Below are positions 13,304 through 25,707 of a stretch of DNA of 64,000 nt, piece after piece. The stretch comes from Tubulanus polymorphus (taxonomy: Eukaryota > Animalia > Nemertea), in contig NC_134028.1 of NCBI RefSeq assembly GCF_964204645.1, positions 4,526,001 through 4,590,000 of the forward strand. The letters are read 5' to 3'. Both the position numbers and the translations under genes were made by a program. Each line of letters begins with the position of its first letter. Within the stretch, counting starts at the first letter, position 1. Below the pieces are notes generated by a model, which searched no databases, was not told the origin of the DNA, and saw only the letters and a list, made by a program, of their open reading frames with translations.

Positions 13304-15983
13304 CTGAAAAAAAAAATAAAAATGATCGGTAAAATACTTTACTATTTATATAATACTCGGCACTGTTCAGTGCGGTACGGTGGTGCTCGGACAGAGCGAG
13401 AAGAGAAATATTTTCTAGATTGTTGAAATATTTTGAAAAGATAAAAGTTGCTTGTATGGATACAAATCTATCATCGACGGTTTTCAGGAAGTCAGCATTT
13501 ATAGTAGGGTGTGTGGATGGCTCGTGGGGGACGTATATTGTCCGGAAATACTACAGGGAAATTACAATACATCCTTGAAATAAATGGCATTGTGGGATCG
13601 TGGTTAGTGAATTAAAGAAATCAGAAATAAATATAGCTGCAAAGCAGCGATGACAGGTTTCCTGCCTTGCTGAAAAATTTAGGGAAATGAACAAGGATTG
13701 ACTTGTTGGCCATCAGCTATCTGCTATAGTTCCACCACAGTTCCACAGGCAACTCGCAGTCCACAGTTCCACAATCAAGCTAGCTTGACCTTCTCTTTTA
13801 TGGATGATTTTTTTGTATTTGTCGGTTAAGTGGCGAATAGTAACTTGTTGCTCAAGAGATAAACATTGTGCATTAAAGGTCTTCCATCGGCACAGTCTAT
13901 AGTGCCTGGGAATTTATAATGAACTACTTTTCTACAATTTAGCCACAATATTATGACTCTACATTGTTCGGTTTTTTTCAGGTGGTTTTTTAAACTGAGC
14001 CCTGGTCATTTTGAGACTCACCACAAATTAGACATCCATTATGAATTTCTGTTCAAGATTGATATGTAAGTAAAATATAACAACGCTTTGTTGCGAGAAA
14101 AGCGGGTCTCTCGGCATAATGTTGATCTTGAAATAGTGATTGACCCTGCCATTTATCTAATTGGTAGATTTCGTTTGATTTGTTTTGATTCGGTGTCCTT
14201 TACAAAACCCACTTCACCTGCTGGGAGCGAGACAGAATGTTAGCGAAATGGCTAGAATTGTAATCATTTCAATTTTGTATCATTCTAAGATGTATAGTTA
14301 GTTGTGAAGGTTCTGAAGCGAGGCAAGGTGATTACTAGCGTATATTGAGCTACTGCTACCAGACTATTGAACCGTCCCGTTCTTTATCCCCATCTTAATC
14401 ATACCAGACACAACCCTGGAGATGAAGGTCACCGTACGACTGTCCCAAGCGATCAGAATCCAGTCTCATCTTATTATCGAAGATTCGATACTACTTTCAG
14501 AAGAGATGCCGGCGCTGCCGCAATATATACAACTATACAGGGGTTTAATTATGAAGTAATAATCGTTGTAAATACATTCTAAATGGTCCTGGATCCCGGC
14601 TACACGAGCGAGCGTACTCATATCTCGAGACTGGGGGCTTTTTGAGGGACAGTCCTATTTCTAGAAAAGGGGCACTTTTCTATTGAAAAGGAGACATCTT
14701 AAATTATGATTTCGATAACCTAAACTTAAACAACGTCACATCAAATCGTCATGTCAATAATGAAACGTGCCTAATTGATCGATTGATCGATTATCTGGTC
14801 AGAGCCACATTACTTTTCATTGTCATAAAAATTTATTGTAGCCGATTCAAATTCTTCAATTCTTAAAACCTTCACCTGACGCCAATCCCCCTCGGCACGG
14901 GCCTGAGGGAGACGGGGGCTCAGGGGGGACGCAGCTGGCGACAGAACTCGTGGTAAATCAAACGGTTATTTATACTTGTTGCCGGTGATTTGATTGAGAG
15001 GCAAATCAAATTATGTCGACAATTGAATTACAGTCGGTTTGAGTGTGTCTGCGTGTCGACTCCTCCGACACTGGTTTCATCTTATATACATACTCGTGGT
15101 GTTCGTGCCGAATCGATTTAAGATATCATCAACCTCCCAGGGCCTAATCCACCGGAATCCAGTTCCACAGGGCTAAGTTCAAAGACGTCAAAAATCTTAT
15201 GTTCTGAGAACAGGAATGGAACGAAGACGGATCTTATGCCTTAAAAGATGCCTTGATTGTGCAACACTGACCTCAGTTTCCCAGAGTTAACTCAAAACCA
15301 TACTGGGCGCGAAGGCTCTTCCATTAGACAATAATCGAACACAGTTTCACTAAAACCAATGTTGTACCAAGTTCACATCAGTTTTATCAGTAAAATAATT
15401 TCAAACTGGACTCTTTTTGATTTATATCTAACTGCGAAAGAAGTAAGACGCGGCTCCTCTACTTGGACAAACAAGCAACAAAACTGTCACGATCAGTCCC
15501 TAATTTGATATACAAATGAGGTGAATTCACTTCAAAGTTTTCTGTATAGCGTCACCCTAGATATCCAGGTATCGTATCCTCTTCCCTCAGTTCGTGTCTG
15601 GCGTGTCACCGGAAGAGCATGAATAATTCGTTTCCAGTCACTGTTAATGTGACGTGAATTCATCTCGATTCGACGTCGACAAAATCTTCATATAACGACT
15701 TACTTTGATTTTGTGATAGATAGTTTTACAAGTTTATGATGTGCGCAAAAATTTCAATTGATACTTTACACTCGATCGAGAGTTCATATTTTCTACATTG
15801 CATTTCTATTTTTTCTTCTTCTCTTTTTTGAAGGACCTGTTTTATATGAACTATTTCTTAGTTTCTACAGACCCATCCAGGTATAATTTACTGTAATTAA
15901 CTACTGTGAACAATTCCACACTCAGTAAATATGAGTTGACTGTGTCCTAAAAGTCACGGGAATACAGAGTTTCGAGAATACGG

Positions 15984-16026
15984 TATTCCTGAAGATGACT
16001 TTTCGGATAAGGTCGAAACATCGAAA
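15984..16026 (+). ncRNA. Minimal type I hammerhead-ribozyme-like motif (best-preserved copy)
   Basis: ttc-CTGAAGA-t-gacttt[tcggat]aaggtc-GAAAC-ATC-gaa. Intact core, 6-bp stem II, 3-bp stem I. Confidence 0.55.
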
Positions 16027-19000
16027 AGAAAGATCTTCGAGTTTATTAGAAAAAATTCGAAACGTCGAATGAATTGTTAAAACTCAAGACAACATTTTCA
16101 ACTCGTTTTTTATTCAGTGTTTGAATATCTATATAATCGTAACAACATGAACTCAGAGTGTTTCTTCAATGGTTTATCGTGAAATCACTTCTGAATTCTC
16201 TTGGAAACATTATTCGGGATAAAAACTTTATCCAACAAATAATATCGTATAACTTATGAATTTTATGGAAAATGTTCTTCACACTTCCAAGAACTTACCT
16301 GATAATCAGCTACGTAGCACAGTCAGAAACTAGTATTTTAGAGACCGGCATCAGAATCCATCGCGTAGATAGATACACGCAGTGCAACTGACTGATTATC
16401 AATCGAGAGAGTGACGTGTGAGACGCGTCTCTCCATCACCCGAAATCATTCATCACCAAGTACAAACTCACTTTAATTATATTGTCATATCAAACATAAA
16501 ACCTATAAGGCTGGAGACAAAAAAAATGGCGGTCGTCCTGCAGGTGCGATGTTGATCTCTCCGCTAAAAGTCCGAATTACTGAAAACCCTGAATTTCCAA
16601 GCCTGGGAGATTAGAGGTTCGAAAAGATAAGCACCAATGACTGTGTGAGGTAATTTTTCCTAGAGGATCCTACACTTCTGAAGATACTTACTTTTGGTGA
16701 CCTCAAGCTACATTAATACCGACTCTGAAATTCCCATCTGCCATACTGTAGAAAAAGCAGTTTTCTGCAGCCTTTAATGATATTTTTTTCATTTAATGAC
16801 ACTTTCTCAAACCGCCGGGTCGCTTTTGTAAACCGCAATAAAATTTGTAATCAGTCGGGTCTGTTATTATGAATTCAAGTCGAAGTGGAATGTTTCAACT
16901 TGCCTCGGATATCACCCCAGTACTAGCTCTGTGTGGGCTGTACGGTGCCAGGCTCAATCTAAAATGTGGAGGTGCTTCATCTCAAGAGAAAGAAGTATTT
17001 CTATCGACAACCAAAAGAAACGAAAGAGCTACGATAATACTTCATATCAATCAAATATCGTCAACAATGGAAAATCTCGGAATTTTTGGCGTCGTGGCAT
17101 GTTTGAAATTTCTTGTCTGCTGTTTATGTAGCCCTGGTCGATCATGTTCAAAACGAGCTCAGCCCTTCCACAAACCATTCATGCGCAGCTTATAGATTGA
17201 CTATGATAGGTCGGTTAAGTTTTGTGGATTTTGCTGGTACAAACCAGTTCGGCATTTACGAATGGTTTAGTAGGCTATTTATTCTGAACGCAAACCAGCT
17301 GGTTGGAAATGCATCTGAGGTTTTTCCTTGGATTTGAGTAGAATGATTAGAAATCGTCGTTTAGACTCGATCCACCAGCTTTACAGCTCCTACAAACATT
17401 TTGATTTCAATTCTTCTGATAAATTGGGGTGCGAGAAAGGAAGCAACATTAGGGGAAGCTAGAAAAAAAATGCTCCAGATCCCACTAACTGGAAGATTGC
17501 GGTGACATACCAATAAGCCCACGCATTTATAAACTCTCCCTTTGTCTAAGCATGAAAGGACCTAGCTAATACCGTGAAGAATGTGGGAGAGTTGGTTTAT
17601 ATAATCAAAGATGTCGAGTTATCCACAATAGGTTCACTGTTAGTTCCAACGTAAATGTTTGTTTGAATATAACTGGTCATAATTATTGAAATACTTTTAA
17701 AAACTCTTGTGTAACGCAATTTCGTAAAGCGCTTTTCGATCCGTTATTAAGAGCGGGTTTGTTTTCGTAACGGTAAATCTCACCGGTGAAATTCCTGCGG
17801 TTTTTAATCAAAACAATTTTCATAAATTGCTCGCACTTCATTAACCTTCGAACGTATATGATAAATAAATACATAGATTGCCTGTGGTCATTTCACCCAT
17901 TTATTCCTACAGCACTAGCCACCAACCTAATTCAATTATTGTACCAAAAAAAAATTTTTCCATTATGTTGTTTATGTATTACATAACACCACGTTACAGA
18001 CATACGTACTTGCCTTGAAATTTCATCACCATTAAAGCTCGACGTTTTTAAAATGTGTCAGGAATTTCGAGACAGTAGCTTCACGGTTCAGTTTTAGCGG
18101 TTTTAGTTGAATTTCGGATTTGAATTGAACTTTTTAAATCGTGTCCCAATTAACAACATGATGTAACCAATGAAACTTTCACCAAAAATTTCAGTCAAAC
18201 TTTTCGATAAACTGGACGCATGGGTTATTGACAGGTGAGTTTGGTTTTTGATTGTGCCATAAAAGTGTCCAAAAATAAGACTAATTTACTTACCTTACGT
18301 TATTTGATAATCGGTCTCAATGTAGGCCCTAGTTCTAAAGATGATGTCGGACATTTTTTTAGATTCTGGAACGCAAGTCATTAGTCAACTGCCTTGTGAC
18401 CCTGTTTTAGTTAAGTTTGTGTACTGAAAACCGCTCAAGTTGTCAAAACAACTGTTTGAACCGTATTTTTTTCGCAAGTCGTGGTAAAATAAAATCATTA
18501 TAGCATCTACATTTTTCATCCTAGACACATTTTGTTTTGTTCCTTTTTTAAATCTCTTCCCGGATTTGTAGAACGCCAGACGGTAATTATGTCGGGCCGC
18601 GCTTATTTTCGAAGGATTCGACCTCAGTGAAAGAAAAGAATTTTGAAAAGGAGATTGGATCACTCCAGGAAAATGAATTGTGAATTTAACAGAAAATTAC
18701 CTTTTAATTTCCTTGAAAATAAATTTCCTTTACCAAATTAGAGTTACAGTAAGAATCCTAGATTTCGTTCTTACCTTAGTTTCATATTCAGTGCCTTATA
18801 AAATGCATGCACACTTGTAAGAATAACGCGGACCGCTCTGTGTTCAGATTAACGTCTAGCACCGATTTTCACCAAAGAACGTTATGATTGAAAACATTAA
18901 TCACATAATATCTTCCCGGTGTTTGTCATAAACTGGATTTTTAGTTTATCAAAATAAAACCAGTATAACTCTGTGCTGTAACGTATTACGAATAACACGT

Positions 19001-19190
19001 GGTCTGAATAGCGATTCGCGAGTAGAATCAACATTTAATACGGGTCAATGTTAGCAACATGTCGGCTCAGTGTGGCATCATACGCAAATAAGTACCGCTC
19101 GAAGTTTCATTGAGAAAAAAAAATGAAATTGTAACCAGATTTATAAACAACAACTTAATGAGAATTCAGCTTTGAATAGACTCCACGGGT

Positions 19191-19317
19191 CCGGGGACCG
19201 TATTCACGAAGTACCCGTATAAGTTACGCGACACCATGGGGGGACGAGATCTAATCTAGTTTATACGTCCATGGTGACGCGTCGGCTTACGGGTGCTTCT
19301 CAGAATACGGTCCCTGG
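19191..19317. mobile_element. Palindromic MITE-like element with ~50-bp inverted arms
   Basis: ccggggaccgtattcacgaagtacccgtataagttacgcgacaccatgg pairs with ccatggtgacgcgtcggcttacgggtgcttctcagaatacggtccctgg. Confidence 0.75.
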
Positions 19318-19369
19318 GCTCAGAGTTGGATATTTATTGGCATTTAGAGTTGACTACTTCATTTCAAAT

Positions 19370-19560
19370 ATGTTTGCTGTTATAGAGTAAAACATTCTAC
19401 CCGTGGAACTATCAAACTGTCTGCGATTGTTTTCCTTCATCTTACAACAACCTGGAGTAATCATTTCAGTAGCCAAATGATTACTCCAAGCAACAACTTT
19501 ATAGTACTTGCATTGTGGTCCCTTTAGTCCGGTTGAGCATGAGCATGTATCAATTTCGTT
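19370..19560 (-). pseudogene. Possible decayed SWIM zinc-finger fragment (MULE-type transposase remnant)
   Basis: DTCSCSTGLKGPQCKYYKVVA resembles SWIM CxC-x-G-x2-CKH, with the His replaced by Tyr. Confidence 0.3.
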
Positions 19561-21021
19561 CATAAATTCATTTTCTATTTTGTTTGATGAATTATTCATA
19601 TTCCAAAAAACTTATATATCAATGTTGAAATAAAAAAATATTAATCAGATCTAATTCTTTTACTGAAAAGGGTGACTGTCCTCATTTGACGTATCCAGGC
19701 ATTAGAAGACGACTATATAAAGCCATAACGTACACTGACAGTAAGTTCTCTGAATAATACGATGCTTTCTCGTGACAAACATTCAGTTATAAAAACTCGT
19801 CGTACAATTAAGTCGTTGCTGAGTCTGTTATCTGTAGAAGAGCCTGAGTCCCTAGATGACAGTTTAACGCGTCCAGTTACTACGTGGAACAGCGAGACAA
19901 ACAACATCGTATCGCTATTTATGAGACAGCCGCCCGCACTGCAGTTTCTGCCGTCGAGAACGAAAAAACAGTGTGGAACTCTTCTCATGGGAACCAATAG
20001 CAATTCGTCACGATGTATGTATATGAACAAAGTTTGCACGACCCTGGTGTTAAAATTCATCTTACAAAATATACAATATGAACCCCCGAATTTAGCTACA
20101 TTTTCTATTTACGAATGGGGGCAATATTTCAATAAATGAAACAATTCTATATTACATTTCTCATTAAATATTGAATGACCTCCTGTAATGATATTAATGT
20201 CTAATGTCAGTTGACATGTGCTACCAATATGCCATCTATCGGTTTAAATCCACCCTAAGCGGAGTAAGCGTGGCGCCGATCGAACAATTCTACTAAAGAA
20301 TCGAGAACTTTGCTCCGGGCTGTGGCTAGATCGAAAAACAATTTAAACGCTTATCGGTAAACGCTATTCCAGTGTGTTTATTGCGTGCAAATGACTTGCC
20401 AGTTTGAAGGATAATTTAGCACATGTTACACAGATGATAGAGATGATAGCGAGGTTTTGCAGTATCGATTCATTTCATAAATCGTTGGCACTATCTCAGA
20501 GACCAACCTCGGAAATGGCTAAATTGGTTGCTGATCGTCGTCACCGAGAGCTCGAGGAAACAATCATTCTCAGTTTGTGAAAAATAATGGTTCCAATCAT
20601 ATACTGGAACCCGTTGTTATAAGCCCATTAAATACTGTGTTACTTGACGCGACGCCCTGACGAAGAACGCGAGGTTTTTCAAGTCTACATTCTTTCACGC
20701 TAAAAATATCTACGACTTGTCTGTGTTTTTTTTTTTTGTAGAAATATCCGGCGTAGTGAACCGTAAATGAAGCACTTTGAGTCTGTGTTGTGAAGATAAT
20801 AGAAAATCCTGCAATAAAAAGAAAAAAACTAGTCCAAAATGTTTCCTTGTTCTAATATCATACGTCGTTTCGACTAGTCATCTTCGGGAATTAATTCTGG
20901 TATAATCTGTGACGTAGTATTCCTGAGGACTATGCCAAAATGCGAGTATACTGAAAGAAATATTTCGGACCATTTTCATTGTAAGAATGGGAATGTAGAG
21001 GGATATATCATATACCGTGTA

Positions 21022-22062
21022 TCAATACGAGGACATTAATTTGCAAACGATTCGTAACCCTCGAATCATCGTCCGTCTCACCTCAGATCCGGTAATCGTG
21101 TACAAATAGAAATTAACGGCGAAATTCGTGCAATAAAGAGCGATCAGAAATTCATCGACGGCAGCGAGAAACCCGTGTTCGGGGAAGACTGGGACGATGA
21201 TATGAAACAGAGCATCGGGGGCCGTTAGTAAAACAAATGCTGTCGATGTTATCAGTAACATGACTGTAACTTGCGAGGACTTCTCAGCCTTACTGCCCCC
21301 CTTACCCTCACCTATAGTTCTCTTCAATACAATAACTATAACAACGTTACAAGTGACGATGATGGATACCGGCAAATACAGACCGAGAACGTTGAAAAGT
21401 TGAAAATTTACGAAAAGCGAAATGGTTGATGTGTCGACTGTGCAGCCGACACCGGGGCGGTAACGAACAACCGCCGGTAAGTATGAGATTGACAAAAACG
21501 CGGCTACGAACGTAAAATACGATACGTATTTAGCCGTAGAGCGTCGACACAAACGTCGAGCCATGAAGGGTAGGGCTACAGCGACCAGTCTCTCTAGACA
21601 TATCAAACAAATAAACCACGTGCTACTGTTTCGAAAAGCCATCGGTACGTATTCGATGAATCTACAAGCGATGTCGGATTCGGCTACGATCGGTATGGCC
21701 AGTCCAAAGAGTCGAAAACCACGGTTTATCCAAATCAGTAAACTGAACGTTAAAAACGCGTTATCTGAAACGGCTAAACAAGTCAGATAAAAACTGAACG
21801 AATAGGATTTCATTCGCGTAAATGACATGATTATGAACGAGGCAAAGTTTCCGAACAATCCGAAAACATGTACGATCACTGAAATGAGGAAACTGGTCCA
21901 TTTTAAAGCAGACGCCATGTTTACGTAGGTTTCTATGATGTACGTAAAGAATTGTAACCACTGATTGGGGTCTGGTCGCGCAGAGGAGGACGAGCTGCTC
22001 CTGTTTATAGGTTGAGTGAAGACAGTGGTTGCGACCATTAACTCAGTCCTTGGAGTGAACAT
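21022..22062 (-). CDS. Intronless rhodopsin-family GPCR (FMRFamide-receptor-like/orphan expansion type), copy 1
   Basis: 7TM ORF with GN, LAVSD, LERLVAV, NFAVNFYLY. First in-frame ATG at 22062 lies inside a hairpin insertion; the ancestral ATG at 22108 is out of frame. Confidence 0.88.
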   Translation of the reverse strand: MFTPRTELMVATTVFTQPINRSSSSSSARPDPNQWLQFFTYIIETYVNMASALKWTSFLISVIVHVFGLFGNFASFIIMSFTRMKSYSFSFYLTCLAVSDNAFLTFSLLIWINRGFRLFGLAIPIVAESDIACRFIEYVPMAFRNSSTWFICLICLERLVAVALPFMARRLCRRSTAKYVSYFTFVAAFLSISYLPAVVRYRPGVGCTVDTSTISLFVNFQLFNVLGLYLPVSIIVTCNVVIVIVLKRTIGEGKGGSKAEKSSQVTVMLLITSTAFVLLTAPDALFHIIVPVFPEHGFLAAVDEFLIALYCTNFAVNFYLYTITGSEVRRTMIRGLRIVCKLMSSY

Positions 22063-22357
22063 TTGCTCAAATGATTGCTCCAAGCTCAGACCAACCCGCG
22101 TTATTCATCTACTGCTGTCGCGTGTAGCTCGATATCCTCGAGCGAAATCTTCTTGATATTTTCAGCGCTTGGAGATATAGATACAGAATGTATAGATTTT
22201 ATTTTGCACGGGCGAAAAAATGAAGTTGAAGTCAACTTCGTGTTGGAACGGTTTGGAAATTATAGCCATTGATGAAACACGCAGTCTGGTTGTAATGATT
22301 ATATGGTATCCCAAGCTAAAAATGAAACAAGTGGGAGATGTTTCCTTGAGCTAATAA

Positions 22358-22404
22358 TTTATTCGACGTTTCGACTACATGTATATCGTAATAGTCATCT
22401 GACT
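22358..22404 (-). ncRNA. Degenerate hammerhead-like motif (paralogous copy at ~25408-25450; related copy 20861-20890)
   Basis: Minus strand: cagatgacta...tagtc-GAAAC-GTC-gAATAAA. The 5' core is partly deleted. Confidence 0.35.
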
Positions 22405-24078
22405 CTTTTCATTCTTACTGTGCGATTTCATATTAATGTCTTGGAACTTATTTCTATATCCTGATTCGGCTCTGCGGGGAAGAAGTCCAAATTTAACCAG
22501 ATGCAACATTCTTACTTTTCCTTGTCGATAATCCACTCCCCGAGTCCACAATTGAATATAGCCGCAAAGCAGCGATAACGGGTTTCAGTCTACGTAGCAT
22601 CATTGGCGTGCAAACATTTGGAAATCATTAACGAAAATTAGAAATTGTTTCTTGTCGCGGTGTCGAACCTGGTATGACTCAAGACCTTACGCATCATTAC
22701 CTTTAGCAGAATTTAACAATACAGACATCTTAAGTGTGTGATAATATTATCATAAAATATAGTGTTAAGAACTTACTTCAAATACCTTCGAGATTTTTAC
22801 TAGAAGGTGCTGCCGCTACACTCATCGTTAGCGGAATTTTCACGAACTAATAGAAAACATACCCTGGCAATTAAACGTGCTGCCGGCATGCCGACTGCCA
22901 GAGTCGGTTGTGTCAATTAGATTATTAGTGTATAAAAAAGAAAAATACTTACGAAGAAAATATTGGCGCCTGGTGGAAAGATGGTGAATGTAGTAATATA
23001 TACATATAGGTGAAATGTGACATGGAGGTTTGTGTATTTGGGGATTTTTCATGTTACTAGGTGTCCAATGACACCATGGTCACTTTGGATGAGATTATAA
23101 GACTGGTGTATATTAAAGTTAGGCGTCACCATCACCTCAGCTGTCATTAAAGTATATGTTATAATTTTTCACTAGGTGTCAATCCATGGGTTTTACAGTA
23201 TTTGCAATAATTTGTCATTATCAAATTTGCTGCCTTTAGGAACGATAGGAAAGAAGCAGTCCAATACGAATCCAACGCGGCTACGAAACATGAAATACCC
23301 AGAAGATACTTTATATTATACAACATTTTACCAGCTAATAGTGGGTTTGACGATTCGGTAGATAAAGCTCAGAGGTTGCTAAAGCTGTTACCGCTATTTT
23401 CTTGGAAACAATTCTACATCATATTTTGTCATTAAATGTTGAATGACCTCTGTCATGATATAATGTCCAAGACCAGCTAGAGGTGACATGTACTACCAAT
23501 ATGCCATCCATCGGATTACCTCGCCCTAAACCGAGTAAGGGTGGTTCTAATTGAACAATTCTACTCAAGATTAGAATTTTGCTCCGGGCTGTGGCTAGAT
23601 TGAAAAACACTCGTACGCACATCGGTAAATGCTTTTCCGGGGTGTTCTACAGTCAACTTCCTTGTTTGAAAGATAATTTGACGTATTGTATACAGATAAT
23701 GATAAAGAGGGTAGTGAGGGCAGCGGTATCGATCCATATCAGAAATCGTTGAAACTTATCTTCAATCAACTTCGGAAATTGTTAAATTGGCATCTGCCGA
23801 GAGCGAGCAGGAAATAATCATTCTCCGTTTTTGAAAAATAATGATTCCAATTACAGCTGGAGCCCGTGATTCTAAACCCTTACTGTGTCACTTAGTGCGT
23901 CTACGCCCTCATAAAGAAATCTACATTTTAACTTCATCCACTATTGTCTGTGGCAATTTTGAATTTTTGTAGAAATACTCGGCGTAGTAAATCACTGATG
24001 AAACACTCCGAGTCCGTGTTGTGACAATGATATAAAATCCCAATATAGAAAAGAATATCTAGTCCGAAATGGTCTGAA

Positions 24079-25122
24079 TCACGACATTTTACAAACGATT
24101 CGTAACCCTCGAATCATCGTCCGTCGCACCTCAGATCCGGTAATCGTGTACAAGTAGAAATTAACGGCGAAATTCGTGCAATAAAAAACGACCAGAAATT
24201 CATCGACGGCAGCGAGAAACCCGTGTTCGGGAAAGACTGGGACGATGATATGAAACAGAGCATCGGGGGCCGTTAGTAAAACAAATGCTGTCGATGTTAT
24301 CAGTAACATGACTGTAACTTGCGAGGACTTCTCAGCCTTACTGCCGCCCTTACCCTCACCTATAGTTCTCTTCAATACAATAACTATAACAACGTTACAA
24401 GTGACGATGATGGATACGGGCAAATACAGACCGAGAACGTTGAAAAGTTGAAAATGCAAGAAAAGCGAAACGATCGATGTGTCGAATGTGCAGCCGACAC
24501 CGGGGCGGTAACGAACAACCGCCGGTAAGTATGAGATTGACAAAAACGCGGCTACGAACGTAAAATACGATACGTATTTAGCCGTAGAGCGTCGACACAA
24601 ACGTCGAGCCATGAAGGGTAGAGCTACAGCGACCAGTCTCTCTAGACATATCAAACAAATAAACCACGTGCTACTGTTTCGAAATGCCATCGGTACGTAT
24701 TCGATGAATCTACAAGCGATGTCGGATTCGGCTACGATCGGTATGGCCAGTCCAAAGAGCCGAAAACCACGGTTTATCCAAATCAGTAAACTGAACGTTA
24801 AAAACGCGTTATCTGAAACGGCTAAACAAGTCAGATAAAAACTGAACGAATAGGATTTCATTCGCGTAAATGACATGATTATGAACGAGGCAAAGTTTCC
24901 GAACAATCCGAAAACATGTACGATCACTGAAATGAGGAAACTGGTCCATTTTAAACCAGACGCCATGTTCACGTAGGTTTCTATAATATACGTAAAGAAT
25001 TGTAACCAGAGATTGGGGTCTGGTCGCGCAGAGGAGGACGAGCTGCTCCTGTTGATAGGTTTAGTTACATCAGTGAAGATAGTGGTTGCGACCACGAACT
25101 CAGACCAACCCGTGTTATTCAT
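24079..25122 (-). CDS. Intronless rhodopsin-family GPCR, copy 2 (tandem paralogue of 21022-22062)
   Basis: 347-aa ORF from ATG, nearly identical to copy 1 through TM1-TM4. Confidence 0.9.
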   Translation of the reverse strand: MNNTGWSEFVVATTIFTDVTKPINRSSSSSSARPDPNLWLQFFTYIIETYVNMASGLKWTSFLISVIVHVFGLFGNFASFIIMSFTRMKSYSFSFYLTCLAVSDNAFLTFSLLIWINRGFRLFGLAIPIVAESDIACRFIEYVPMAFRNSSTWFICLICLERLVAVALPFMARRLCRRSTAKYVSYFTFVAAFLSISYLPAVVRYRPGVGCTFDTSIVSLFLHFQLFNVLGLYLPVSIIVTCNVVIVIVLKRTIGEGKGGSKAEKSSQVTVMLLITSTAFVLLTAPDALFHIIVPVFPEHGFLAAVDEFLVVFYCTNFAVNFYLYTITGSEVRRTMIRGLRIVCKMS

Positions 25123-25707
25123 CTACTGCCCGCGCGTGATAGCTCAATACCCTCGAGCGATATTTAATGATCGATAACTCGTTTAGGAGATTCATGGCGC
25201 CTTAAAGTAATCTTCTCGATAATTTCAGCGTTTAGAAATAAAAATACAGAATTTATAGATTCTATTTAGAACGAGCGCAAAAAAGTATTTAATTTGAAGT
25301 CAATTTCGAGTTAGAAACGTTTTGGAAATTATAGCGACACGCAGTCTGGTTGTAAGGATATCAACGAGCTAAAAATAAAACAAGTCGGAAGTGTTTCCTT
25401 GAGCCAATTCGACGTTTCAAACACGTGTACATCGTAATAGTCATCTGACTGGAAACTCTTTCCTTCTGACTGAAACTCTTTTCATTCTCTGTGTGCGATT
25501 CCATATTGTATTTTTGGAAATGGTTTCTGCGTCCTCTAGATTCGGCTCCGCGCGGATTTGCTTTGAAGTCTACTCCGAAATGAATAAAATACTCCTCATT
25601 TTTACACATTTTCACCACTTTTATTAAACTTTCCTTTAACAAAATCGATTTTTCACGATGCATATTTTACAATATTTCACATTGTATCTTAAAAACAAAA
25701 ATTCCGG

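Noticed and set aside
19713-20139. Overlapping 115-aa and 125-aa ORFs
   Set aside because: No recognisable motifs or splice structure; treated as chance ORFs.
23990-24032. Additional hammerhead (CTGATGA-aacac..gtgtt)
   Set aside because: The GAAA core is absent (GTGAC), and the paralogous site at ~20765 lacks CTGA.
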